NCBI GenBank assembly: GCA_903872345.1
Contig: CAIQKM010000005.1
Location: 4,601-68,600, forward strand
From: an uncultured Verrucomicrobia subdivision 3 bacterium
Lineage (GTDB): Bacteria; Verrucomicrobiota; Verrucomicrobiia; Limisphaerales; UBA11358
Reading direction: 5' to 3'
Length of the DNA: 64,000 nucleotides
The notes beneath the pieces were generated by a model. It had not been told where the DNA came from and ran no database searches. It worked only from the letters and a program-made list of their open reading frames with translations. Shown piece by piece: positions 55,101 through 64,000 of the stretch (the first letter of the stretch is position 1; each line of letters begins with the position of its first letter). The position numbers and the translations under genes are program-made.

Positions 55101-57478
55101 CGATTGCCCCACGCGTCGATGTCGCTCACCGGCACCAGCCCCGGCACCAGCCGGTTTAATTGCCGGGAATACAGGCAGACGCTGCCGATCGCATATCCCT
55201 CGCACAAATCGGCCCAGGTATGGCAATAGCCCCATTCATCGGTGATGTCCCACGGGACATGCGTGTATGCCAGCGTGGCGGTGATGAGCCGGGGCAGGAG
55301 ATTGGTGATGAGGGAAGGATTGTTGCCGATGTAAAACGAAGAATTGGAATTGATGAGCGCGGCATAGATGGCGGTCAGGCGCGGCAGGTGGATCAGCCAG
55401 CCCGTGGAACTGCCATTCTCCGTCATGACGTACCCGGAATTGGCGGGCGGGTAGTTGGTGATATCGAGAAAAATTCCGTTGGTGCCCAAGGCGGCAACGT
55501 AGCCGGCGATACTCGCATCGCTGCCCGGCGCCGCCAGGTAGAAATCGTTGGGAAATTGGTTTTGATTATGCAGCAGCCATAGTTCAAATGCATCCGCCTC
55601 ATTGCTGGCGACGGCGACGTTCACGAGGTCCAAGGAAACCGTGCTGGCGCTGGTGCTGGGCAGATAGTTGCCGGCGCCCGCATAACTGGCCGAGACGGTG
55701 TGGAGACCGGAGGCCAGCCCCAGCGTGGAGGGAATCGCCGCGACACCTCCCGCCAGCGCCACGGGATTCCCCAGGGCCTGGCCATCCACAAAAAACTGCA
55801 CCGAGCCGGTGGCCGTGCCGGGTGAGACCGTGGCGGTGATGGCGGAAGCGGTGCCATAATCCGTCTCGTTGCCGCTCAAAACCGTGGCGGTGGCAATGGG
55901 CGTATTGGTGGCCCCGCTGACCAGCAACTGCACGCAGGCAATGCCCGCGTTGGTGGCGAAGGTGATCGCGGCGCCGTTGGCGCCGTTGGTTGCCGTGCCA
56001 GCCACCCGGTAACTGCCGGCATGGAGAATGCCGCCGCTGTTCACTTGCACCAAATTATAGGTGCCATCAGCCAGTGGAGCAGCGGCATTGACCGTAAAAG
56101 TCTGCCCGGCCAGGGACAGGGTGCCCGCAGCCACAACCAGCGCCGGATCGGTGCCATCGTAGTTCAAGGTGACCGGTTGCACCCCCAAGGCGACCGTACC
56201 GGCAGGCGCACCCTGGATCACCGCATTGGCCGAATTACCACCGGCGATCAAGGCGGTGCTGCCGCTCAAAGTGTAGGCATTGAGGCTGGAGACATCATAG
56301 GTTGCGCCCGCCGCGATGGTGAGGGAAGGCGTGTTGTTGATGGTGCCGGTTCCACTCAACGCCAGTGTGCCGGCGTTGATGATCGTCGCACCGGTGTAGG
56401 TGTTGGTGGAGCTTAAGACCAGCCGGCCCGCGCCCACTTTGGTCAGCCCGCCGCCGCCCTGAGCGAGCGGTTGATCCGCCGTGAAAGAATTGCCCGCACT
56501 GTTTATGTCCAACGTCACGGTTTTGCCACTGGTGAAACCGACGACATGACCGAAGTTGGTCATGACCGTGCCGGTGATCTGCAAGGTGCCGCCATCGAAA
56601 ACCAGACTCGCCGCCGGGGCGCCCAAATTGTTCGTCGCACTGACACCCAGCGTGCCGCCACTGATCTTGGTGGCGCCGGTATAGGAGTTTGTACCGGATA
56701 GAATCAAAGTGCCGACATCATTTTTTTGCAGGCCGGATCCGGCCGCGCTTTCATTAATAATGCCCGGGATGGCGAGCGAATAATTCGTGGTAGCCACGTC
56801 AAAATTGGCGGCCGGGCAGGCCAGCGTCACGCTCCGTGTCGCCGCCAGCGTGACTGCGGCCAGAGCGGTGGGATTGAAATAGAGTTGCGCGTTGTTGCTA
56901 ATGACAATCCCATTGGCGGCTACGCCCAGATTAGCATCCACGTTCAGGCCGAGCGAGCCGCCCGAAAGGATGATGTTCCCGGCGAGCGGCTGGGTTGACG
57001 TGCTGGCATAGCGGTAAGTCAGAGTGCCCCCGCCGGTCTTGTTAAAACCCTGCGTGCCCGCGGTGGTAAAATACGAATACAAGGCGCCGCCGTTGCTGAC
57101 ATTGATGACCGGCGTGCCCGCTGAGGTCTGGAAGTTTAACACCAGATTGTTACCAGCCAGTCCAAAAGCGGTGGTCGCCGTCAAATTAAGCGTGCCCACC
57201 GTATTGGTGACACTGGCGGCGGGATTGTTGACGGGGCTGGTGTTATTGAAGGTCACCATGGTGTCCACCGCATTGGGAACATTGGCCGGCGACCAGGCGC
57301 TGGCGGCACTCCATAAGGCATTTGAACCAACCCAAAGATTCGTGGTCGGCTGGGCTTGAACCCCGGCGGCACCGGCGATCAGCAGCGCGGCCAAAATACC
57401 CGCCCTCCAGCTCCATGGGCGGAATAACCTGGCGATTATTTGGACCGGTCGCTGGGTGATGTTGGTTGGGTCCGGCAT
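52151..57478 (-). CDS. Giant secreted protein: PATR repeats, Ig-like domains, PL8-like polysaccharide lyase region, I-set Ig domain, cadherin-like domain, RFYR C-terminal module
   Basis: Signal peptide. PATR units (NSYTGATKISGGTLGVS, NTYTGATIINAGTLALSG). Central GEHGTPYLLLYGGSYLNG, RGASQRTCAIENLQNP, DYTRIPGVTT and AVVHLGAGF resemble the His/Tyr, Arg and beta-sandwich motifs of family-8 lyases. Ends PARFYRVLLGP. Confidence 0.65.
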   Translation of the reverse strand: MPDPTNITQRPVQIIARLFRPWSWRAGILAALLIAGAAGVQAQPTTNLWVGSNALWSAASAWSPANVPNAVDTMVTFNNTSPVNNPAASVTNTVGTLNLTATTAFGLAGNNLVLNFQTSAGTPVINVSNGGALYSYFTTAGTQGFNKTGGGTLTYRYASTSTQPLAGNIILSGGSLGLNVDANLGVAANGIVISNNAQLYFNPTALAAVTLAATRSVTLACPAANFDVATTNYSLAIPGIINESAAGSGLQKNDVGTLILSGTNSYTGATKISGGTLGVSATNNLGAPAASLVFDGGTLQITGTVMTNFGHVVGFTSGKTVTLDINSAGNSFTADQPLAQGGGGLTKVGAGRLVLSSTNTYTGATIINAGTLALSGTGTINNTPSLTIAAGATYDVSSLNAYTLSGSTALIAGGNSANAVIQGAPAGTVALGVQPVTLNYDGTDPALVVAAGTLSLAGQTFTVNAAAPLADGTYNLVQVNSGGILHAGSYRVAGTATNGANGAAITFATNAGIACVQLLVSGATNTPIATATVLSGNETDYGTASAITATVSPGTATGSVQFFVDGQALGNPVALAGGVAAIPSTLGLASGLHTVSASYAGAGNYLPSTSASTVSLDLVNVAVASNEADAFELWLLHNQNQFPNDFYLAAPGSDASIAGYVAALGTNGIFLDITNYPPANSGYVMTENGSSTGWLIHLPRLTAIYAALINSNSSFYIGNNPSLITNLLPRLITATLAYTHVPWDITDEWGYCHTWADLCEGYAIGSVCLYSRQLNRLVPGLVPVSDIDAWGNRIPDLWRNGHIDTMYMTPANGSITTANLQFQVTGGNMVWTSQGIVLKYLTQSTNAVRLEGLDATFQHFWHGCSLMGAKHEGPPGWPAYTSLPQMTVDYMLGEHGTPYLLLYGGSYLNGLIQCRNDMANYPRWAMPPVLGINQLYADCMIQGVAPVNQGYPDRVLASRSMTSSTEYTPTYNLNSWLNNIIGYGYRTNELQALLTWNNNNNPGTNRWPFTNHTFTHFYSSDYSCQHYPNYLVTFRGASQRTCAIENLQNPLAGYYPQGRQIFVPLGGSYIYANGNEYGVVSYNSTGAAPFEASCDYTRIPGVTTKTVPDSAFTNYWRYVYGNLPFAGTAAANNSGVSGWEQSRNVRTDTWNSPISLSGHSAVFYLDMAVVHLGAGFDTTQDAYPTTTSLNQCLSASNTITYGLTNGTTFAIPGTGGGVTNAAISWALYQGVGYLPPAGGVKILRDVPQTTGAAASGARIFSFYADQSSPATNNLTFDWAVLPGISPTALAAYSTNGNRPWVIVTNTAALQALSVPAESWLGAVFHTNNATLFASNLTVSVSRPTVLIMVTSNQIATLYAADPYENMVAPYTNTIVPFTNSAQLVNQLTVTINSNPFTLTLPSYPYLGKTVVATVSISSSNYPPVIVSQPVSTNVILGNMAAFTAVAAGTPPPVYQWQRNGTNIAGANTVGYTLTPTLADNSASFRCVITNSAGAITSAPAVLSVNDTPSISTVLDQVLAKNTPSAPLPFWVNDTSVSPSSLIVTAASSNPTLIPNANLILGGSGTNSTLTVTPATNQTGYASINLSVSDGTLTASTAFFATVANYTNTLPPVCLPITNRTLVAGASLAMTSQATDPNVPALALGFALPTCPGGANINPASGVITWRPLIAQSGTNYPFMVVVTNTANLAATQSFYVNVIRPQAPLISSPAFSGKQFGFRISGDYGPDYTIQATTNLAPASWQIRFATNAPLVPFVWTETNTSLTPARFYRVLLGP

Positions 57479-57643
57479 TCGCTTTTGAATATTATAATCA
57501 CGCGGCTACGATTCTGGCAGGGTGAAGCGGATCGATTGGCGCTGCACCCGCGACCACCGGCTGTCCGGCCGTACCGGAACCATGGCAGTAACCGGGCGAG
57601 ACGAAAACATTTTCATGGCGCGTTACCAACGGGTTGACGGCGA

Positions 57644-58393
57644 CTAAAAGGAATTAACCCCCATGAAATCATTCTGGTCGCCCCGCAATTGCAGCCAATT
57701 CCATTTCTCCACATGCCCGTCACAACAGGAAAACACCGCCCGCGCATTGCCGTCATGCCGGATCGCCGGCTGCTTTTGGGGGTTGTAACTGGACCAGCCC
57801 GTCAAACTGGCGGCAAAGGTGACGTCCGTCCAATAGCCGCAGGTGGGTTTGGAGTCCGGCCAGGTGACCTTGGGCGTGCCGATATCCCCGAGCAGCCACA
57901 ATTGGGCGGAGCGGCGCAAAGCCCCCAATTTTTGGCTGCCCGCCCCGTTGGGCACGGTCGGATAATTGAAATAATCTCCCTGACACGGGCCGTAGCCCTG
58001 CCAGGTGACTCCGAAATAGGCCGTATCGCCGGCATTGATGTCCGCGGCTTGCACCACGGGACAACGCCAAACCGTGCCGCTGTTGGTGGTCGTTAATCCC
58101 ACAATATAGCCTTTGATCATGATGAACCACCAGTTGGTGAAATTAATCATCCCGCCCTGGTAAGGAACGGAATTGATGGACGGCAGATAATCCTGGTTGT
58201 CGTTGGCGTAAAGCATCGCGGCCAGCGCCAGTTGTTTGTTGTTGCTGACACACTGAATGGACTTGGCGTGATCTTTGGCCTTGGCCAGCGCGGGCAGCAG
58301 CATGGCCGCCAGAATGGCGATAATGGCAATGACCACCAATAACTCAATCAGGGTGAACGCCCGCCGGAGGATGGGGCAAGTTTTGATGCGCAT
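57644..58393 (-). CDS. Prepilin-type N-terminal cleavage/methylation domain protein, H-X9-DG-like (pseudopilin-like)
   Basis: [29 protein letters not shown] pilin N-terminus. The C-terminal [15 protein letters not shown] has His-to-DG spacing of 11 rather than 9. Confidence 0.85.
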   Translation of the reverse strand: MRIKTCPILRRAFTLIELLVVIAIIAILAAMLLPALAKAKDHAKSIQCVSNNKQLALAAMLYANDNQDYLPSINSVPYQGGMINFTNWWFIMIKGYIVGLTTTNSGTVWRCPVVQAADINAGDTAYFGVTWQGYGPCQGDYFNYPTVPNGAGSQKLGALRRSAQLWLLGDIGTPKVTWPDSKPTCGYWTDVTFAASLTGWSSYNPQKQPAIRHDGNARAVFSCCDGHVEKWNWLQLRGDQNDFMGVNSF

Positions 58394-58743
58394 AGGTTGT
58401 AATAAGGGTGAATTTCAATCAGATTATAAAGTTCTAATCCCGCGCAACAACGGGCAGTTTGCGCAGGCTTGGTATGTTTTGCGCACGCCCTTGATTTGTC
58501 CCGGCGCCCGCGCCGTTCAGTAAGAAAAGCAAATGGCCACCGGTGGGAAACGCGCTTCGCCGCGAGCCATGCTTTGTTGCGAACTCCGTTGCGAACATTT
58601 TGAAAAATAGTGCAGCCGTTCGGAGCGTGGCCGTTTATTTGGCATTTTCGCTTCCGGTTTAAAAAATGTCGCGGGGCGTCCAACCCAATAGACGCCCCGC
58701 GACGGGGTTAACCCAAACCCAACCCCAAACCCACTCCATCAGC

Positions 58744-61700
58744 TCACGGATAACGCAGTTGGAAGAACACGTTCGGTTGCGCCGGATTGATGGTGATCGT
58801 CTCGTTCGTCACGTTGCCGGAGCCCGTCAGCGGGAACCATTGGTTCGTGGCCGTGAGGCTCACAGCGTTCGTGTAGAGCTGCCAGCCCTTGTGATCCGGC
58901 GCCCAGTTGAATGACAGCGTGCTGCCGGCCGACGCGGCCGTGAAGTAAGCCGTCGCGGGGTTCGTGTTAACGATGATGGCCGGCAATTCGGTCAGGTTGA
59001 CCGTATAGAGGTTGGTGGTTACGCCGTCCTGCGCGGTAACCAGCACTTTAATCACGTTGGTCGAGCCGACCCCAAAGTTGGTCAGCGTAATGCTCGGCAC
59101 GCTGGAGGTCAGGGTTTGGATCGCCAGGCCGTTCAAGAACAACTTGTTGGAAGCCGTCAGATCTCCGTTGATCACGGTCACCGTCAGGTTGGTTCCAAAG
59201 GCGTTGGTCGCCGCATAGGCGAATACGTTGGTGGCAAAGCCGGGCGTCAAACTGTCGGCCGGATTCAAGGCCAGCGAGGTCAAAAAGGCGTTCGTTTTGA
59301 GCGGCACCACGGTAATGCTGCCCGTGCCGGTGATATAAGCCGGATCCGTGGCGGCACTGTAGACACCCGGAGCCTTGCTCGCGCCGTTGATGATCAGCGC
59401 CGCCACCTGGTCGGTTCCCGCGAAGTCCAGTTGCAGCACCGCCGCATTGGACACGGTAACGGTCGAGCGCCAGAAGAGGGTCGGCTGCGCGAGCTCCAGC
59501 GTGCCGGCACTGACGGTGGTGTTGCCGGTGTAAGTATTCGTGCCATTCAGCGTCACGAGGCCGGGACCGTTGGCCGTGAGTCCGCCGGCGCCGGTGATCA
59601 GCACGGTATTGGCTTCGGTAATGGAATAACCGCTTTCGGCATAAAAGTTATGCGTGCCGGTGGCGGCCAGAACGATATTCAGCGTGAGGTTGTCAATCGC
59701 GGCGCCGCCGCCCGCCAGACCGCTGATGGTCAGGTTCTGCTGGCTGCCCACGCCGCCTGTTACTATGCCGACGGCGTCGGCCTGGCCCAGGGCCGGATCA
59801 TAGTTCTCAATGGTGCCATTATTGAAGTTCAGCGTGGCCCGGCTGCTATTGGTTATCGCTTGCGTGGCACCGATGTCGATGACGTAGGCGCTCAACAAAC
59901 CGGAGCCGTTGGTGCCTTTGCCCAGATTGTATGTGGAAGTCACGCCGGGATCGCCGGTCGAGACGTTGTAGTTCAGCCCCAGGGTGCCGGCCAGCACGGT
60001 GCCGCCATTTTGATTGATGGTCGCATTGGCGCTGGCGGAGACGGTTGCACCGTTATCATAACTCATATAGACGGTTCCGACATTAAGTATGCCGTTGGAC
60101 ACGCTCAACGTGCCGTTGCCGCCCGTGGAGTTGTTATTCACGACATACAGGTTGTTGACGACAGCATCGAGGCTGCCGGCCGTCGTATCGAAGGAAAAGG
60201 CGGGCGGGCCGCCATTGTTGTTTACCCCGACGTTAAGGGTTCCCACCGCCGCTCCGGTGCCGCCGATGCCGCGCAGGATAAGCGTCGGGTTGCTCAACCC
60301 GGCGTTGAAAGCAACGGTGCCGGCCGCATTATGATAGCCGCCCAACTGAATGTTCCCCACGTCGAAGACGTTTGACTGGCCAAGCAGCAGCGTTGCCGTA
60401 TCGCCCGTGGCCGCCGCCGTGAGGCCGCCATTGGCCAGCAGGATGTTGTTGGCCGTGATGTTGTTCGTCTGCGCCAGTTTGACGGTCGAATTGGCCCCAA
60501 TCGCACCATAAAAGGTGATATTCCCCGCTGGAAAGTTGAACGTGCTCAAGCCGCTCAAATCCACGGTGGTGACCGCCGTGGCCGCCGTGTTCGGGGAGAA
60601 GTTCAAGCTGGAGGTGACCGTCAGATTGCCGTTGGTGATGACGGCGGCGCCGCTGCCCAGGGCGGACAGGTTCAAATTGGCGACCGACTGATTTTGGCCG
60701 CCGAGGTCAAGCGTCGCGGGCGCGGTGTAGGCAATGGTGGTGCCAGGCGGCAGGACGCTGTCCGCATTGGTAATCGCCAGCGTGCCGCCGGCCAGCGTGG
60801 TCGGCCCGGAATAACTGCTGGTGGCGGCCGTCCCGTCAATTATCAGTTTGCCGCTGCCAGTCTTGGTGAATCCGTCGCTGCTCGCCGCCAGGGGGCCAAC
60901 GATCAGATTGCCGGCCGGGGTATTAAAGACCGACCCGGAAGTAAGGTTGATAAATACGTCCAAGGTTTCGGTGGCGGCCGAATCGTTTTCCACCAGACCG
61001 CCGGCGCCCAAAGTCAGGAAGGAACCGGGCGACGTGACATTAAAGGCCCCCGCATTGTTGCTGAAGGTCACTGCGGAAACGTTATACGAATTGTTCATTA
61101 CCGGAGTCAGGCGCGTGGAGCCCGCAAACAACAGGGCGTCGCCCGTGTCACCGCTCACATCGGGAGTGGTGCCATTGAGCCAGTTCAAGCTGCTCCAGTT
61201 GTTGTCGCCGGCCGCCCCATCCCAGACCAAGGTTCCATTGGCAATGGTGACATTAATATTGGCCGTGTAGCTGTCGGCTTGCGCATCGGTGACCGTAAAG
61301 GGCACCGCATAGGTTCCCGGGGCCAGCGTACCCGGGACCGAGTAGGTGGAGGAATAAAGATTGCCGGCACTTGAAAAAGTTTGCACCGAGCCGCCCAGAT
61401 TGCTGAAGTCGGCCGTCACCCCGATGCCGGTGCTGCCCGTGCCGGGCGTCACGGTCACCGTAAACAAATAGCTTTGATGCACGCCGGTGGCGGGACTCAC
61501 CGCGCCCGCCCCGGAAAGCAGCACGCCCGTGGAGTAGTGCAGCGTCACCGCATTCGCGGAAGTCACCACCGTATAATGGCCGTAATTGGACGGCTTGGTC
61601 GCCCCCACCCAGTTTGGAACCGCATTGAACGTGCCCGCGATGCCACCGGGGGCCGTGATAAGCGTATAGTCGCTGCCGGTGGCGAGGGCCGCCGCCGGGG

Positions 61701-64000
61701 CGGTAATATTAACCGTGTTACCGCTCGAATCGTTGGCCGAAAGCACTCCGGTGACGGTCAGTTTGTCATTGTTGGCGCTGGCCACCGTGGTATCCACATT
61801 GAACGTGCAAGTGGCACCCTGATCCAGCGTCAGATTGTTGTTCAAGGTCAGGGTTCCGTGGTTGGTGGTGCTGCCATAGAAACCGGCCCGGATGCCGGCC
61901 CCATTGGCAACTTCCACATTGCCGTTCACCGTTCCGATACCGCTCACGCTGCCGCCGGCCACCGTGGCATAAGAAATGGCGGAAACATCAAAGGTGGACC
62001 CGCCGCCCACAAAAATATTCGAAGAGGTAATCGTACCGCTGGCACCAATGACCAGGGTGCCACCATTGGTAATGGTGGTGTTGCCCGTGTAGGAGTTGGC
62101 GGCGGTCAAGGTAAGCGACCCGCTGCCCACGGTCAGCGCAAGCCCCTTGGTCAGGTTGGTGGCGGCAATGACGCCATCAACAATCGACCCGCCAAAGCTC
62201 GAAGTGCCCCCGCTGTAATTCAATGTCACCGGATTGGCCGTGCTGCTGTTGGTGATGATCACGGCCGTGGCGGCGGGATCCATGGCCAGACCCGCGACTT
62301 TCAGACCGTAGCCGGCCAGATCCAGTGTCGCCGCATTGCCGCTGCTGCCCAAGGTCAAGGGCGAGGTGGCGGGAATGGCGTTGGCAACCCCCAGTTTCAA
62401 GGTGCCGAGGGCGTTCGTGGTGGCGCCGGTGTAGGCGTTGGCGCCGCTCAGGATCAAGGTGCCGGCGCCCAGCTTGGTCAAACTGCCGCCGCTGCTCGAA
62501 AGTCCCGTGGCGAGGGTGATGCTCTGGCCGCCGGTGTTGAGCGAGTAAGCCTGATTGGCCGCCGTGCTGAACCGGCTCGAATAATCGGTTTTATTGTTGG
62601 CGCTAAATTGGAGGGTGCCGCCGTTGAAATTAATGGGGCCGCCGTAGCCCAGGGCTGTGGCGTTGTTCAACACCATCACCCCGCCGTTGAGAACCGTGCT
62701 GCCGAAATAATAATTGGCCAGGCTGTTGGTCAGATAACCGGTACCGCTCTTCGTAATGCCGGCATAATAGGCGATGGCGCCGCTGCCCAGCAGCGTATAG
62801 TTATGCGTCGAGTTGTTGAAAACCACATTATTGGGCGAAAGCACCGAATTGTTGGTGACTATGATGTTCGGGCCAACGGGCGTCAGGGAATCGTCAAACT
62901 GCACGGAGGGTCCCAACAGGTTAACTTCCGCATAGGTTTTGCCGGCCGTTCCGCCCAAACTCCAGAGGCTGTTCGTCGTCCAATTGTTTGAACCGGAGGT
63001 GGGCGGGGCCCAAACCAGGGGAACGATGGACGAAACATTCAGATTGATTTGATTGGTGCTGGTGCCGTCGGACAGGGCCGCCGTAAATCCCTGCGGCAAG
63101 GCGCCCAAGGCGAAGGAGCCAAAAACACCGGCGAAATTGGTGTTAACCAGCGTGCCGTATTTGAGGAGCGGAATGGCGGTGCCCGTCTGCCAATTGCCAC
63201 CGGACAGAACGATGGGCGCCGGCACGTTGGTGACGAAGGTGAGGTTGCTGCTGATATTCAACAACGGCACGGTCGGCAAGCCGGACGGGCCGGGCGCAAA
63301 GGACAAAACCGAGTTGTTGGTGCCAACCAGCGTCAGATTGGAAACCAGCAGCGAACTGCCCGGGGAAGTGGCGATCACCGCATTGGTGGAATTGGCACTC
63401 ACGATCAGGGTGCCGCTGTTGGTGGTCGTGGTGCTGAGAAACAGCGTGCCACCGGCCACCGTCGAGGTGCCGACAAAATTATTGGTCCCGGCCAGAATGC
63501 CTTCGCCCGGGCCGACGAATCTAAGCGCGGATCCTGATGCCGTTTGCACATTGCCCAGAATCGCCAGGGTTTGTCCCGCCGCCGCCGAACCAATGGCCGG
63601 CGTCCCGCCGCCTTCCAGGTGGACGGTTTGAAAAGCCGGCATGATGGTATACACGTTGCCAAAACCGGTCGTCGGGGTGCCGGCCGTATTGTTCAACGAA
63701 AGCCCGGAACTCGCATTGGAGATGGTAATGCTGCTCGCATTGCCCAGCGAACCGGCTTGATTCAGTTCGATCTTACCCTGGCCGATGATAATCGGTCCGG
63801 TTAGCCCGCTATTAACCACGCCGCTGTAACGGCCGGTCAATGTGCCTGGTCCCAGCTTCGTAAAGCCCTGGGTGCCGGTCGTGGTGAAATACCAATACAA
63901 GCCGGCCCCGCCGCTGCAATTGATGACCGGCGTGCCCGCCGAGGTTTGAAAGTTCAACACCAGGTTGGCGCCGGCAAACCCAATGGTGGAAGTCGTGGCC
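58744..64000 (-). CDS. Giant PATR-repeat surface protein (5' end outside the window) with cadherin-like beta-sandwich domain and divergent C-terminal module
   Basis: More than 1738 aa of PATR-type units (NAYTGATTNALGTLKLG, NSYTGNTTITNGGTLVIG, NTYTGNTTVSAGTLELA). The frame stays open to the window edge, and the residues there parallel residues ~100-130 of the 1775-aa paralog. The C-terminal LTSLALNP...YTVNLT segment is cadherin-like. Ends ...VFFQLRYP. Confidence 0.8.
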   Translation of the reverse strand, partial: ATTSTIGFAGANLVLNFQTSAGTPVINCSGGAGLYWYFTTTGTQGFTKLGPGTLTGRYSGVVNSGLTGPIIIGQGKIELNQAGSLGNASSITISNASSGLSLNNTAGTPTTGFGNVYTIMPAFQTVHLEGGGTPAIGSAAAGQTLAILGNVQTASGSALRFVGPGEGILAGTNNFVGTSTVAGGTLFLSTTTTNSGTLIVSANSTNAVIATSPGSSLLVSNLTLVGTNNSVLSFAPGPSGLPTVPLLNISSNLTFVTNVPAPIVLSGGNWQTGTAIPLLKYGTLVNTNFAGVFGSFALGALPQGFTAALSDGTSTNQINLNVSSIVPLVWAPPTSGSNNWTTNSLWSLGGTAGKTYAEVNLLGPSVQFDDSLTPVGPNIIVTNNSVLSPNNVVFNNSTHNYTLLGSGAIAYYAGITKSGTGYLTNSLANYYFGSTVLNGGVMVLNNATALGYGGPINFNGGTLQFSANNKTDYSSRFSTAANQAYSLNTGGQSITLATGLSSSGGSLTKLGAGTLILSGANAYTGATTNALGTLKLGVANAIPATSPLTLGSSGNAATLDLAGYGLKVAGLAMDPAATAVIITNSSTANPVTLNYSGGTSSFGGSIVDGVIAATNLTKGLALTVGSGSLTLTAANSYTGNTTITNGGTLVIGASGTITSSNIFVGGGSTFDVSAISYATVAGGSVSGIGTVNGNVEVANGAGIRAGFYGSTTNHGTLTLNNNLTLDQGATCTFNVDTTVASANNDKLTVTGVLSANDSSGNTVNITAPAAALATGSDYTLITAPGGIAGTFNAVPNWVGATKPSNYGHYTVVTSANAVTLHYSTGVLLSGAGAVSPATGVHQSYLFTVTVTPGTGSTGIGVTADFSNLGGSVQTFSSAGNLYSSTYSVPGTLAPGTYAVPFTVTDAQADSYTANINVTIANGTLVWDGAAGDNNWSSLNWLNGTTPDVSGDTGDALLFAGSTRLTPVMNNSYNVSAVTFSNNAGAFNVTSPGSFLTLGAGGLVENDSAATETLDVFINLTSGSVFNTPAGNLIVGPLAASSDGFTKTGSGKLIIDGTAATSSYSGPTTLAGGTLAITNADSVLPPGTTIAYTAPATLDLGGQNQSVANLNLSALGSGAAVITNGNLTVTSSLNFSPNTAATAVTTVDLSGLSTFNFPAGNITFYGAIGANSTVKLAQTNNITANNILLANGGLTAAATGDTATLLLGQSNVFDVGNIQLGGYHNAAGTVAFNAGLSNPTLILRGIGGTGAAVGTLNVGVNNNGGPPAFSFDTTAGSLDAVVNNLYVVNNNSTGGNGTLSVSNGILNVGTVYMSYDNGATVSASANATINQNGGTVLAGTLGLNYNVSTGDPGVTSTYNLGKGTNGSGLLSAYVIDIGATQAITNSSRATLNFNNGTIENYDPALGQADAVGIVTGGVGSQQNLTISGLAGGGAAIDNLTLNIVLAATGTHNFYAESGYSITEANTVLITGAGGLTANGPGLVTLNGTNTYTGNTTVSAGTLELAQPTLFWRSTVTVSNAAVLQLDFAGTDQVAALIINGASKAPGVYSAATDPAYITGTGSITVVPLKTNAFLTSLALNPADSLTPGFATNVFAYAATNAFGTNLTVTVINGDLTASNKLFLNGLAIQTLTSSVPSITLTNFGVGSTNVIKVLVTAQDGVTTNLYTVNLTELPAIIVNTNPATAYFTAASAGSTLSFNWAPDHKGWQLYTNAVSLTATNQWFPLTGSGNVTNETITINPAQPNVFFQLRYP

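Overview
Densely coding, high-GC bacterial chromosomal segment. By eye it is about 60% GC, with several clearly AT-richer genes. I call 35 protein genes. I recognised no rRNA, tRNA, CRISPR array, transposase, integrase or prophage block. Giant proteins built from autotransporter-associated beta-strand (PATR) repeats, prepilin-type H-X9-DG pseudopilins and mosaic hairpin repeats in most long intergenic gaps point to the PVC superphylum, most likely Verrucomicrobiota. That assignment is an inference. Housekeeping genes are uvrB, ruvB, lepB, a membrane H+-pyrophosphatase, a CvfB-like S1 protein and a UDPGP-type UGPase. Accessory content: (1) a fused circularly permuted ATP-grasp/alpha-E protein coupled to a transglutaminase-like protein; (2) a GH43 plus esterase pair; (3) a low-GC membrane protein plus pseudopilin pair; (4) an AroB-like cyclase overlapping an alkaline-phosphatase-family gene; (5) two heavy-metal-type RND efflux operons, one led by a YncE-like beta-propeller; (6) an orphan HPr-EI-EIIA tri-domain PTS protein; (7) at 48.8-64 kb, a co-directional block of three giant PATR proteins, two carrying GH79-like and PL8-like catalytic regions, with an embedded pseudopilin. 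Five secreted proteins share a short C-terminal module ending in RFYR that I cannot assign to a named sorting signal. Together with the giant-protein/pseudopilin block, this is my best candidate for an undescribed surface-display or secretion system. All family assignments come from motif recognition by eye and need HMM or structure confirmation.
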